Origin: an uncultured Alphaproteobacteria bacterium
Lineage (GTDB): Bacteria; Pseudomonadota; Alphaproteobacteria; Rhizobiales; Xanthobacteraceae
Direction of reading: 5' to 3'
Assembly (NCBI GenBank): GCA_963798095.1
Contig: CAWCSD010000024.1
Span: 6,526 to 70,525 of the forward strand
DNA: 64,000 bases
Shown here piece by piece: positions 1 to 9,128 of this stretch. Positions within the stretch are counted from its first letter, which is position 1, and the number at the start of each line of letters is the position of its first letter. Position numbers and translations under genes: made by a program. The notes beneath the pieces were generated by a model that ran no database searches, was not told the DNA's origin, and saw only the letters and a program-made list of their open reading frames with translations.

Positions 1-30
1 TGCAAGATCCTGCTCCGTCGGTGGCTATGG

Positions 31-64
31 ATTCCGGGCTCGCCGCTTTGCGGCGCCCCGGAAT
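31..64. repeat. Imperfect GC-rich palindrome (REP-like hairpin element)
   Basis: ATTCCGGG-ct-CGCCGC-ttt-GCGGCG-c-CCCGGAAT, with 8+6 bp complementary arms read directly. Intergenic, upstream of the ECF sigma gene. Only one copy seen in the window, so repeat-family status is unverified. Confidence 0.35.
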
Positions 65-166
65 GACCAAAACCCTCCAGTTTCGCTCTCGACGAGTGCC
101 GCCCTCCGCGGCGATAATCGGCCGGGGCAAGGGTGCTTGGGTCAGGCTTCCGGGGCCAGGGGCGTT

Positions 167-712
167 ATGTTGATGCAGGCGGAGCTTGTCTGGCTTGTTG
201 GAGCCGTCGCCAAGGGCGACACGGCCGCGTTCGAACGGCTTTACGGCGCGACGCGGGCGAAACTCTATGGGGTGCTGTTACGTATCTTGGGAAAGCCCGA
301 ATTGGCCGAAGAGGTCATGCAGGAGACTTATCTCAAGGTCTGGAAAATGGCGGACAAGTTCGACCCGACGCTGGCGAGCCCGATCACCTGGATGGTGGCC
401 ATGGCGCGCAACCGCGCCATCGACATCGTGCGCAAGCGCGGCGAAATTTCTATTGAAGAAGAGCCGGAGGCGCAGAACGTTCCTGCCGAGACGCCGGCGC
501 CGCTGGCGCGCCGCGAGATGACCGAGGAGCTGAAGCGGCTCTTGTCCTGCCTCGGCAAGCTCGATCCGGAAAAGCAGCGCATCGTGCTGCTCGCCTATTA
601 CAGCGGCTGGAGCCGGGAACAGCTCTCGACCAAGCTCGATATTCCGGTGAACACGATCAAGACATGGTTGCGCCGCAGCCTGCTCGAAATCCGCGAGTGT
701 ATGGGACGATAA
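167..712 (+). CDS. ECF (sigma-70 family) RNA polymerase sigma factor
   Basis: ORF 137..712. Region 2 (FERLYGATRAKLYGVLLRILG...AEEVMQETYLKVW) and region 4 (QRIVLLAYYSGWSREQLSTKLDIPVNTIKTWLRRSL) signatures. ATG at 167 chosen; the TTG at 137 is also possible. Confidence 0.85.
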   Translation: MLMQAELVWLVGAVAKGDTAAFERLYGATRAKLYGVLLRILGKPELAEEVMQETYLKVWKMADKFDPTLASPITWMVAMARNRAIDIVRKRGEISIEEEPEAQNVPAETPAPLARREMTEELKRLLSCLGKLDPEKQRIVLLAYYSGWSREQLSTKLDIPVNTIKTWLRRSLLEIRECMGR

Positions 713-739
713 TCGCAAGACGATGGGACCAGTGCCGTG

Positions 740-1828
740 ATGTATGACGACGCCCAGGACGCGCTAGCCGCCGAATACGTGCTCGGCACGCTCTCCGCCG
801 ACGAGCGCGAGCACGCCGAGGCGTTGCTCACGCTCGATCCCGGCTTTGCCGCGTCGGTGCGGATGTGGGAGCGCCGGCTTGGCGAGCTCAACGTCATGGT
901 CGAGGCGGTCGAGCCGCCGCCGGAGCTTTGGGACAAGATCAAAGCGGAGCTCGGCGTGGTCGAGCCGTCGAGTGAAGCGCCGCCGGCCGCGCCGGTGTCG
1001 GCTTCGGCCGAGCCGCCGGTCGAAACGCCGCCGGAAACACCGCCCGCAGAATCGCCGCCGCTGATCATGGCGGACGAGCCGGGCACGGACTCGATCGCCA
1101 TACCGCCGCCGGTCGGGGAGCTTCCGGAAGCAGTGTCGGATTCGATTGCGGCGTCGCTCGCCAAATCCCTGGCCGAGCCGGGCGAGGAGCGCACCGATCG
1201 TGTGGCGCCGCCGCTCGTGATCCCGCCGGACTTGGAGCCCAAAGTCGAACCCAAAATCGAACCCAAGCTCGAACGCAGCGCCAATGTCGTGCAGTTGGCG
1301 CGCCGCGCCAGCCATTGGCGCCGCATGACCGTCGTCATGGGGGCGATCGCCGCCTTGTTGGCGCTCTATATCGGGCTCGCCCAGTTCGCGCCCGGACTTG
1401 TGCCGTTCGGGCCGCGCGCTCCGGCGGTCGCGCAATCGACGGCGCCGGCGCAGCTTGGCGCCCGGCTCGTCGCCGTGCTGCAGCAGGAGCCGACTGCGCC
1501 GGCCTTCCTGCTCACGGTCGACCCGCAGAGCCGCACCCTGGTGGTGCGCCGGGTCTCGGCCACGCCCGAAGCCGGCCGCAGCTACGAGCTGTGGCTGATT
1601 TCGAGCCAGTTTCCCGCCCCGAAGTCGCTCGGCGTCGTCGGCAATGACGAGTTCACCGAGCGGCCGATCCCCGGCAATTTCGACGTCGCGACGCTGCGGA
1701 CGGCGAGCTACGCGGTGTCGCTCGAGCCCTCGGGCGGCTCGCCGAGCGGCGTGCCGACCGGGCCGGTGCTGTTCACCGGCAAGATCGTCGAATCCGTGCC
1801 GACGGCGGCGCCGGCGCCGCGGACATAA
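740..1828 (+). CDS. Anti-sigma factor, RskA-like (N-terminal anti-sigma domain, one TM segment, C-terminal anti-sigma-K domain)
   Basis: Starts 28 nt after the sigma gene. N-terminus is AAEYVLGTLSADEREHAEALL. Pro/Glu-rich linker with an EPKVEPKIEPKLE repeat. TM segment MTVVMGAIAALLALYIGL. C-terminal YELWLIS...YAVSLEPSGGSPSGVPTGPVLF is typical of RskA-type proteins. Confidence 0.75.
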   Translation: MYDDAQDALAAEYVLGTLSADEREHAEALLTLDPGFAASVRMWERRLGELNVMVEAVEPPPELWDKIKAELGVVEPSSEAPPAAPVSASAEPPVETPPETPPAESPPLIMADEPGTDSIAIPPPVGELPEAVSDSIAASLAKSLAEPGEERTDRVAPPLVIPPDLEPKVEPKIEPKLERSANVVQLARRASHWRRMTVVMGAIAALLALYIGLAQFAPGLVPFGPRAPAVAQSTAPAQLGARLVAVLQQEPTAPAFLLTVDPQSRTLVVRRVSATPEAGRSYELWLISSQFPAPKSLGVVGNDEFTERPIPGNFDVATLRTASYAVSLEPSGGSPSGVPTGPVLFTGKIVESVPTAAPAPRT

Positions 1829-1848
1829 ATCCCCAAGCGACTGGCGCT

Positions 1849-1882
1849 CGAAAAAACAAAAAGCCCGGCACAAGGCCGGGCT
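1849..1882 (-). terminator. Rho-independent terminator for the minus-strand small gene
   Basis: Minus strand reads AGCCCGGC-cttgt-GCCGGGCT followed by TTTTTGTTTTTT. It lies 35 nt after the stop of 1917..2114. Confidence 0.7.
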
Positions 1883-1916
1883 AAGTGGGGGACTGAAGTT
1901 CGGGGAATTCGGGGTA

Positions 1917-2114
1917 TTAGCGGATCGTCGGGGCCTGACCGCTGCTCAGCGTCGTCGGCTGGCCGGCTTTGACCAGGGCTGAGGTGCTCAGATCGATATT
2001 GCTGGTGGCATGGGCGAAAATGCCGACTACTGCGACCATCGTCGCGCAGATAAGGCCAAGGACCACGATCTTGACGTGGGTCCCGCGGTCGGCGCTGTAC
2101 ATCGAATGGTTCAT
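1917..2114 (-). CDS. Small membrane protein (65 aa), function unknown
   Basis: ATG preceded by a GGGAGG Shine-Dalgarno. One hydrophobic helix (KIVVLGLICATMVAVVGIF). Followed by a strong terminator. Confidence 0.55.
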   Translation of the reverse strand: MNHSMYSADRGTHVKIVVLGLICATMVAVVGIFAHATSNIDLSTSALVKAGQPTTLSSGQAPTIR

Positions 2115-2334
2115 TACTGCCTCCCAGTGTTCTGCCTATTAGTCGCGGCAGCCGGGCCAAAAGGTTCACTCGGAAAGCAACTGGGTACTAAGATTCAGCT
2201 AAGAAACGCCTCTTCACCGAACGGTGAAGACCCGTGATAACGGTTGAACGGGCTCCCGGTTCCCCCCTGAAGGGGGGTGGCGCCGGCCGGCCCAGGTCAA
2301 TGCCGCCCAGGGCGGCCTGCTGGAGGTTTAAATC

Positions 2335-3051
2335 GTGCGTCAGATCGTGTCGGAACTGGCCCCAACGGGGGTTCTTCGCGCCGGAATCAATATGAGCAAT
2401 TTTTTGCTGGTCACCGGCAAAACCGAGGCCGGGGACCCGCAAGGGGTGGCGCCCGACATGGCCGCCGAAATCGCCAAGCGCCTGAGCGTTCCGGTCGCCT
2501 ATGTGAAATACGAGCGGCCCTCGATCCTCGCCGACGCCGCCGGCACCAATACCTGGGATATCGGCCTGATCGGCGCCGAGCCGCAGCGGGCGGCAAAGAT
2601 CACCTTCACGGCGGCCTATTGCGAGATCGAGGCGACCTACCTGGTGCCGAAGGGTTCGCCGCTGCAAACCATTGCCGATGTCGATCGCGCCGGCGTGCGG
2701 ATCACGGTGCGGCGCGGCGCCGCTTACGACCTCTGGCTCGAGCGCAACATCAAGCACGCCACGGTGCTGCGGTCGGACAGCGCCGACGGTCCCCTCAACC
2801 AGTTCGTCGCCGAAGGTCTTGAAGCCTATGCGGCGCTGAAGCCCGCGCTGCTGACGGACATCGAGAAGGTGCCGGGCAGCAAAATCCTGCCGGGCAACTT
2901 CATGACGGTGCAGCAGGCCATCGGCACGGCAAAACCGAATACCGCCGGCGCCAAGTTCCTGAGTGAATTCGTCGAGGAGGCCAAGCGCTCAGGCTTGGTG
3001 GCGCGCCTGATCGAGAAACATCACGTCAAAGGCCTGTCGGTCGCGGCGTAG
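2335..3051 (+). CDS. Transporter substrate-binding-domain protein (family-3 / polar amino-acid SBP-like)
   Basis: GTG start with GGAGG 8 nt upstream. SBP_bac_3-like pattern (WDIGLIGAEPQRAAKITFTAAY, VRITVRRGAAYDLWL). No obvious signal peptide at this start. Confidence 0.65.
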   Translation: MRQIVSELAPTGVLRAGINMSNFLLVTGKTEAGDPQGVAPDMAAEIAKRLSVPVAYVKYERPSILADAAGTNTWDIGLIGAEPQRAAKITFTAAYCEIEATYLVPKGSPLQTIADVDRAGVRITVRRGAAYDLWLERNIKHATVLRSDSADGPLNQFVAEGLEAYAALKPALLTDIEKVPGSKILPGNFMTVQQAIGTAKPNTAGAKFLSEFVEEAKRSGLVARLIEKHHVKGLSVAA

Positions 3052-3065
3052 CGCCCGCACACGGC

Positions 3066-5174
3066 CTAAATACTCGCAACCGTCTTGAGCCGCGCCCGCG
3101 GGTGAATTTCCGACTGCGCCATGACGCTGGTCTGGGCGCGGAAGCGCTCGACGATGCCGCGCACGAACGGCCGGATGCCGGGCGAGGTGACCAGCACCGG
3201 CGCCTCGCCGTCGCGCGCTGCCTGCTCGAATTTTTCCCGCACCAGGTTGATGAACTCGGTGAGTTTTGACGGCTGCATGGCGAGGCTGCGGTCGTCGCCC
3301 TGGCCGACGATCGATTCGGCAAACGCCTGCTCCCATTTGGCGGTGAGCGCGATGATCGGCAGGTGGCCGACGCCGGTCGTGTGCTGGGCACAGAGCTGGC
3401 GAGCGAGGCGGGCGCGGACATGCTCGGCCAGCATCGCCGGATTGCGCGTCGTGCCCAGCCCATCGGCGATGCCTTCGAGGATGGTCGCCAGATCGCGGAT
3501 CGACACCCGCTCGGCGAGCAGGATTTGCAGCACGCGCTGGATGCCGGAAATGGTGATCAGCGACGGCACGATGTCCTTGATCAGCTCGCTCTGCTCCTTC
3601 GGCAGTTCCTTGATCAGTTTCTGCACTTCGCCGTAGGACAACAGCTCCGACATGTTGGCCTTGATCAGCTCGGTGAGGTGGGTGGCGAGCACGGTCGCCG
3701 CATCGACCACGGTGTAGCCCTTGACGGAGGCTTCTTCCTTGAGCGCGGCGTCGATCCAGGTCGCCGGCAAACCAAATGTCGGCTCGGTGGTGTGCACGCC
3801 CGGCAGCGTCACCTGATTGCCGGCCGGATCCATGACCATGTACTGGCCGTGCCACACCTTGCCGGTGCCGGCCTCGACCTCCTTGATCTTGATGACATAG
3901 CTGTTGGCGTCGAGCTGGACGTTGTCGAGGATGCGCACGGCGGGCATGACGAAGCCCATCTCGATCGCCAGCGACCGGCGCAGCGCCTTGATCTGCTCGG
4001 TCAGGCGGTCGGAACCGTCGGGCGCATTGACCAGCGGCAACAGCGCGTAGCCGAGCTCGATCTTGAGATCGTCCATCTTGAGCGCAGCCGACATCGGCTC
4101 TTCCACCGGCGCCGCCTGCGCGGTCTCGGTTTTCTTGGTCTCGGCGGCGATCGCCAGCTTGTTGCGGCGGTTGATCGTGTAAGCAAGAGCGGCCGTGCCG
4201 CCGCCCAGTATCAGGAACGGGATCATCGGGATGCCGGGCAGAAGCGACATCACCAGCATGACGGCGGCCGACATGCCGAGCGCCTTGGGATAGCTGGAGA
4301 GCTGGCTGAGCAGCGCCTTGTCGGCGGCGCCGGCGACGCCGGCCTTCGACACCAGCAGGCCGGCGGCGATCGATACGATCAGCGCCGGCACCTGGGTGAC
4401 CAGGCCGTCGCCGACGGTCAACAGCGTGTAGGTATGCGCGGCGTCGGTGAAGCTCATATTCTGCTGCAGGATGCCGATGATCATGCCGCCGATGACATTG
4501 ATCAAAACCACCAGCAGGCCGGCAATGGCGTCGCCGCGGACGAATTTCGAGGCGCCGTCCATGGCGCCGAAGAAGCTGGATTCGCCTTCCAGGTTCTTGC
4601 GCCGCCGCCGCGCTTCCTTTTCGTCGATCAGGCCGGCGGAGAGATCGGCGTCGATCGCCATCTGCTTGCCGGGCATGGCGTCCAAGTGGAAGCGCGCGGC
4701 GACTTCGGCGATGCGGCCGGAGCCCTTGGTGATGACCACGAAATTCACGATCACCAGGATCGTGAACACGATGATGCCGATGACGAAATTGCCGCCCATG
4801 ACGAAGCCGCCGAACGCCTCGATGACATGGCCGGCGGCGGCCGTGCCCTCGTGGCCGCGGGCGAGAATGAGCCGGGTCGAGGCGAGATTGAGCGCCAGCC
4901 GCAGCATGGTCGCGATCAACAGCACCGTCGGGAAGGCGGAGAATTCCAGCGGCGCCTGGATGAACAGCGACGTCATCAGGATCAGCACCGAGAACGTGAT
5001 CGAGATGGCGAGCGAGAAGTCGAGCAACAGCGCCGGCAGCGGCAGGATGAGGACGACCAGGATCGCCATCATGGCGACGGCGAGCCCGATGTCGCTCCGC
5101 CTGAGCATGGTGCCGAGGTCGACGAGGCGCGACAGCGCCGTCTCTCCGCGCTCGGCCGATATTGTGTCGGTCAT
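3066..5174 (-). CDS. flhA: Flagellar biosynthesis protein FlhA (type III export gate)
   Basis: 702 aa. Hallmark FlhA motifs: FPTVLLIATMLRLALNLASTRLIL, GNFVIGIIVF, ITKGSGRIAEVAARFHLDAMPGKQMAIDADL, FFGAMDGASKFVRGDAIAG. Confidence 0.95.
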   Translation of the reverse strand: MTDTISAERGETALSRLVDLGTMLRRSDIGLAVAMMAILVVLILPLPALLLDFSLAISITFSVLILMTSLFIQAPLEFSAFPTVLLIATMLRLALNLASTRLILARGHEGTAAAGHVIEAFGGFVMGGNFVIGIIVFTILVIVNFVVITKGSGRIAEVAARFHLDAMPGKQMAIDADLSAGLIDEKEARRRRKNLEGESSFFGAMDGASKFVRGDAIAGLLVVLINVIGGMIIGILQQNMSFTDAAHTYTLLTVGDGLVTQVPALIVSIAAGLLVSKAGVAGAADKALLSQLSSYPKALGMSAAVMLVMSLLPGIPMIPFLILGGGTAALAYTINRRNKLAIAAETKKTETAQAAPVEEPMSAALKMDDLKIELGYALLPLVNAPDGSDRLTEQIKALRRSLAIEMGFVMPAVRILDNVQLDANSYVIKIKEVEAGTGKVWHGQYMVMDPAGNQVTLPGVHTTEPTFGLPATWIDAALKEEASVKGYTVVDAATVLATHLTELIKANMSELLSYGEVQKLIKELPKEQSELIKDIVPSLITISGIQRVLQILLAERVSIRDLATILEGIADGLGTTRNPAMLAEHVRARLARQLCAQHTTGVGHLPIIALTAKWEQAFAESIVGQGDDRSLAMQPSKLTEFINLVREKFEQAARDGEAPVLVTSPGIRPFVRGIVERFRAQTSVMAQSEIHPRARLKTVASI

Positions 5175-5390
5175 GCCGGTCGATCAATTCCGTCGGTCGC
5201 GCGGCTCAAAGCTGTGCGCAGCGGCTGGTGGGCCACCGGCACGAATGAATGGAGCCGCGCTCGCGTCCAAGGCTGGCCTCGAAGAGTGCGGTGGAAAGGG
5301 TTACGCCTCCCAGGCAAAATGTGCCGGGTTTATGGTTACTGAGGGGTTAACATCGGCGTAGGTTTTGGACGTCATGAGGATCGAACGGCC

Positions 5391-5843
5391 GTGAAAAATC
5401 GCCTTGCGCTCTGTGCCGCCGTGCTTGCCGTGGCGACAACGGCTGCCATGGTTACGGCAGCAATGGCCGATGGGATCGACCCCGGCCTCTGGAAGGTCAT
5501 CACCCGCACCGAAACCGGCGGCGTGATCGGGCCGCCGCATGAAAGCTTGAAATGCCTGACCGCCGACCAGACCCGCGACCTGACCACGACATTCACGCCG
5601 GTGCCGAACACGGTGAATTCGGTTTGCGCGCCGATCGAACACGATCTCACCGGCGACAAGCTGACGTGGCGCCTCACCTGCAAAGGCCAGCTCGACATGG
5701 AACTCACCGGCGAATTCACCTTCGACAGCCCGCACCACTATTCGGCGACGGTACGGACCAAGGCGCAGATGGGGGGAATGACGATGGTCGATTCGGGCAA
5801 TACGCTCGAGGGCCAGTGGGTTTCCGAGTGTCCGCCACAGTAG
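5391..5843 (+). CDS. DUF3617-like secreted/lipoprotein
   Basis: Signal peptide MKNRLALCAAVLAVATTAAM. PGLWKV...CLT...C...W...C pattern recalls DUF3617. GTG start. Confidence 0.6.
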   Translation: MKNRLALCAAVLAVATTAAMVTAAMADGIDPGLWKVITRTETGGVIGPPHESLKCLTADQTRDLTTTFTPVPNTVNSVCAPIEHDLTGDKLTWRLTCKGQLDMELTGEFTFDSPHHYSATVRTKAQMGGMTMVDSGNTLEGQWVSECPPQ

Positions 5844-5858
5844 GATTGCCGCGTTGAC

Positions 5859-6527
5859 ATGCTGAAGCTTTGCCTGGTCCTCGTCGCCGTCTTCGGCACC
5901 CAAGCCGCGCTCGCCCAGGAGCGGCCCGCCGCCTTCGTCGATGCCGCGACCGTCGTGCCGGGGCTGATCGTCGAGATGCGCTATGCCGGCGCGCACAATT
6001 TCGTCGGCCGGCCGATCGACGGCTACGAAGCGCCGCGATGCCTGCTGACGAAGCCCGCCGCCAATGCCCTCGCCGGGGTCGCGAAGGATGTCGCGGTCTA
6101 TGGTCTCGTCATCAAGGTGTTCGACTGCTATCGCCCGACGCGCGCGGTAGCGAATTTCGTGCGCTGGGCGCGCGACCTCAACGACACCGCGGGCAAGGCT
6201 GAGTTTTATCCCGACGTCGACAAGCGCACGCTGTTTCGCGACGGCTACATCGCCTCGCGGTCCGGCCATTCGCGCGGCTCGACGATCGACCTGACCCTGG
6301 CGTACGCGGACGGACGCGAACTCGACATGGGAACGCCGTTCGATTTCTTCAGCACGAAATCATCGCTCATTAGCGGCGGTCTCGGCCAAGCCGCGGAGGC
6401 GAACCGCGGCGAGCTGGCATTCGCCATGCGGCACAACGGCTTTCGGCCTTACGAGCGCGAATGGTGGCACTTCACGCTGCGCGGCGAGCCGTTCCCGGAG
6501 ACGTATTTCGATTTTCCGGTCAAGTGA
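5859..6527 (+). CDS. D-alanyl-D-alanine dipeptidase (M15D, VanX/DdpX family)
   Basis: Signal-like N-terminus. CYRP, SGHSRGSTIDLTL and EWWHF motifs are typical of VanX-type dipeptidases. Confidence 0.85.
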   Translation: MLKLCLVLVAVFGTQAALAQERPAAFVDAATVVPGLIVEMRYAGAHNFVGRPIDGYEAPRCLLTKPAANALAGVAKDVAVYGLVIKVFDCYRPTRAVANFVRWARDLNDTAGKAEFYPDVDKRTLFRDGYIASRSGHSRGSTIDLTLAYADGRELDMGTPFDFFSTKSSLISGGLGQAAEANRGELAFAMRHNGFRPYEREWWHFTLRGEPFPETYFDFPVK

Positions 6528-6530
6528 GGC

Positions 6531-7577
6531 TCACGCGCCCATCTGAGCAACCGGGGTCGAGCGCGAAATAGCGATTTCCTCTTCGCTCATGTCGGTCGGA
6601 ATGTCGGCGAACAACGGCGTACTCAGATAGCGTTCGCCGGTATCCGGCAGCATGCAAAGCACGGTCGAGCCGTTCGGCGCATCGGCGCAGACGCGCAGCG
6701 CGCCTGCGAAAGTCGCGCCGGCGGTGATGCCGACAAAAATGCCCTCCTTTTGCGCCAGCTCGCGGCTGTAGCGCAGTGCGTCGGCATTGGGAATCTGGAT
6801 AATCCGCTCGATCACCTTGGTGTCGACGGCATCGGTGGTGAGTTTCGGAATGAAGTCGGGAGTCCAGCCCTGCATGGGATGTGGCTTGAACGCCGGATGA
6901 GCGACGGCCGCCGAACCGTCCGGGTTGCGCTGTTGCGCGACGCCGCTTGAGAGCAATGGTGCCTCCTGCGGTTCGCACACCACGATCTTGGTGTCGGGGC
7001 GCTCCTTGGCCAGGACGCGCGCAACGCCCTTCAAGGTGCCGCCGGTGCCGTATCCCGTGACCCAGTAATCCAGCCGTTCGCCGGCAAAATCGGCAATGAT
7101 CTCGCGCGCGGTGGTGCGCGAGTGCATATCGGGATTGGCCTCGTTTTCGAACTGGCGGGTGAGGAACCAGCCGTGGCTCTTGGCGAGCTCCGCGGCTTTC
7201 ATCACCATGCCCATGCCGCGCAACGCGGCCGGCGTGAGCACCACCTTGGCGCCGAGAAAGCGCATGAGCTTGCGGCGCTCGACGCTGAATGTCTCCGCCA
7301 TGGTGATCACCAGCGGATAGCCTTTTTGGGCGCACACCATCGCCAGCCCGATACCGGTATTGCCGCTGGTCGCCTCGATGACGGTTTGGCCGGGCTTGAG
7401 CACTCCGGAACGCTCGGCCTCTTCGATCACGCCGAGCGCCAAACGATCCTTGACCGAGCCGAGGGGATTGAACGCCTCGATCTTGGCGTAAAGATTGACG
7501 CCGGCAGGCGCGAGCCTGTTGATCTTGACGACAGGGGTATTACCGACGGTTTCCAGGATGTTTTGAAACTTGGCCAT
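6531..7577 (-). CDS. cysK: Cysteine synthase A (O-acetylserine sulfhydrylase)
   Basis: Starts MAKFQNILETVGNTPVVKINRL. PLP-Lys motif NPLGSVKDR. TSGNTGIGLA loop. The listed 572-aa ORF 6531..8249 is an upstream open-frame extension; the ATG at 7577 fits homologues. Confidence 0.9.
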   Translation of the reverse strand: MAKFQNILETVGNTPVVKINRLAPAGVNLYAKIEAFNPLGSVKDRLALGVIEEAERSGVLKPGQTVIEATSGNTGIGLAMVCAQKGYPLVITMAETFSVERRKLMRFLGAKVVLTPAALRGMGMVMKAAELAKSHGWFLTRQFENEANPDMHSRTTAREIIADFAGERLDYWVTGYGTGGTLKGVARVLAKERPDTKIVVCEPQEAPLLSSGVAQQRNPDGSAAVAHPAFKPHPMQGWTPDFIPKLTTDAVDTKVIERIIQIPNADALRYSRELAQKEGIFVGITAGATFAGALRVCADAPNGSTVLCMLPDTGERYLSTPLFADIPTDMSEEEIAISRSTPVAQMGA

Positions 7578-7660
7578 TTTTCGCTCCTGCAGATGCGGTC
7601 GCTGCGTTGTTCCAAGGCCTTCCGGTAGCGCGGCGCGCGCTCCAGTCGGCTCGGCCGATT

Positions 7661-8392
7661 TTACAAGCCCAGATAAAACTTCTTGATCAAATCGTTGTTG
7701 TTGAGCTCGTCCATCGAGCGGCCCTCGAAGGCGATCTTGCCGTGGACGATGACATAGCCGCGGTCGGCGATGCGGATGGCTTGGGTGAAATTCTGCTCGG
7801 CCATCAGCACGGTGAGCTGGTAGCGCTGCTTCATCTCGTTGATGGCGTCGATGGTGCGGCTGACCAGGATCGGCGCCAGCCCGACCGAGGGTTCGTCGAC
7901 CAGGAGGATTTTCGGCGCCAGCATCAGCGCGCGGCCGAGCGCCACCATCTGCTGCTCGCCGCCGGACAGGCTGCCGGCAAGCTGGCCGCGGCGCTCGGCG
8001 AGGCGGGGAAAGGTCTCGTAGCAGACCGCCATGTTGCGCGTGAGCTCGCGGCGCGCGGCGCTGCGGTAGGCGCCGAGCAGCAGATTCTCCTCGACCGTCA
8101 ATTTCGGAAACAGCCGGCGTCCCTCCGGCACCAGCGCGATGCCGAGATCGACGATCTCTTCCGTGGTGCGGCCGACGAGGTCGTGGTGGATGCCGTCGAT
8201 CTCGGCGACGATGCTGCCGGCGCTCGGGCGGACCATGCCCATGATGCATTTCATCAGCGTCGACTTGCCGTTGCCGTTGGTGCCGAGCAGCACCACGGTC
8301 TCGCCGCCGCCGACCTTGAAGGTGACGTCGTCGATCACGCGCACCGCGCCGTAGGCGGCGTGAATGCCGGAGATGGTGAGGCTGCTAGCCAA
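7661..8392 (-). CDS. HAAT-family ABC transporter ATP-binding protein (LivF-like)
   Basis: Walker A GTNGNGKST, signature LSGGEQQM, Walker B ILLVDEPS. TTG start overlaps the upstream stop (TTGGCTAG). Confidence 0.85.
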   Translation of the reverse strand: MASSLTISGIHAAYGAVRVIDDVTFKVGGGETVVLLGTNGNGKSTLMKCIMGMVRPSAGSIVAEIDGIHHDLVGRTTEEIVDLGIALVPEGRRLFPKLTVEENLLLGAYRSAARRELTRNMAVCYETFPRLAERRGQLAGSLSGGEQQMVALGRALMLAPKILLVDEPSVGLAPILVSRTIDAINEMKQRYQLTVLMAEQNFTQAIRIADRGYVIVHGKIAFEGRSMDELNNNDLIKKFYLGL

Positions 8393-9128
8393 GGTAGGCC
8401 TTCTCCACTTCCGGATTGCGCATCACCTCGTCGGGCAGGCCGTCGGCGATCTTGCGTCCGGAGACCAGCACGACGAGGCGGCGCGAAAAGCTCATCACTG
8501 CGCGCATGATGTGCTCGATGAGGATGATGGTGACGCCCTTTTCGTTCAAGCGCACCAGCAGCGCCAATATCTCCTCGACCTCCGAATGGGTGAGACCCGC
8601 CATCGATTCGTCGGCGATCAAAAGTTTCGGCTCCGCCGCCATGGCGCGCGCCAGTTCGAGCTTGCGCATCTCGACCTGGGTCAGGTCGCGCGGCAAGTGC
8701 CGTGCCTTGTTGTCCAGTCCGACCTCGCGCAACAGGTCGGTGCAGCGCGCTTCGATGTCGCTTGCGGAACTGCCGGCGCCGCGCGACGCCACCGCGTAGA
8801 GCAGCGGAATGCGGATATTGTCGAGGAGGCTCAGACTGACGAACGGCCGCGGCAGCTGAAAGCTGCGGGAGAGCCCCATGCGCGTGCGCTGGTGCGCGGC
8901 GAGGCCGTCGACGGCGCGGCCGTCGAAACGCACCGAGCCTTGCTCGTTCTGCAGCGTGCCGCAGATGCAATTGACCAAGGTGCTCTTGCCCGAGCCGTTC
9001 GGGCCGATGAGGCCGAGGCGCTCGCCGGCCGGCACGTTGAGCGAGATGTTCTCCAGCGCGACGAAGCCGCCGAAGCGTTTGCCGAGATCGTCGACTTCGA
9101 GCAGGTTGGTCATGCTGCTGTCAGTCAT
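8385..9128 (-). CDS. HAAT-family ABC transporter ATP-binding protein (LivG-like)
   Basis: MTDSSMTNLLEVDDLGKRFGGFVALENISL, Walker A GPNGSGKST, LLIADESMAGL. Start taken at the ATG at 9128; the 882-aa ORF is a read-through artefact. Confidence 0.85.
   Translation of the reverse strand: MTDSSMTNLLEVDDLGKRFGGFVALENISLNVPAGERLGLIGPNGSGKSTLVNCICGTLQNEQGSVRFDGRAVDGLAAHQRTRMGLSRSFQLPRPFVSLSLLDNIRIPLLYAVASRGAGSSASDIEARCTDLLREVGLDNKARHLPRDLTQVEMRKLELARAMAAEPKLLIADESMAGLTHSEVEEILALLVRLNEKGVTIILIEHIMRAVMSFSRRLVVLVSGRKIADGLPDEVMRNPEVEKAYLG

Noticed and set aside
2989-5342. Very long ORFs overlapping flhA (732 aa in another minus-strand frame; 659 aa and 304 aa on the plus strand).
   Set aside because: Their translations are Arg/Ala/Gly/Pro-rich low-complexity strings typical of off-frame reading in high-G+C DNA. 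flhA in the third frame has unmistakable homology. The same applies to 35526..37331 opposite dxs, 43201..44649 opposite the acyl-CoA dehydrogenase, 12868..14208, 22430..23578 and similar ORFs.
6531-8249. A 572-aa ORF suggesting a much longer cysK product that overlaps livF.
   Set aside because: The N-terminal 220 residues are Arg/Pro-rich off-frame translation of the livF-like gene region. Homology to cysteine synthase begins at the ATG at 7577.
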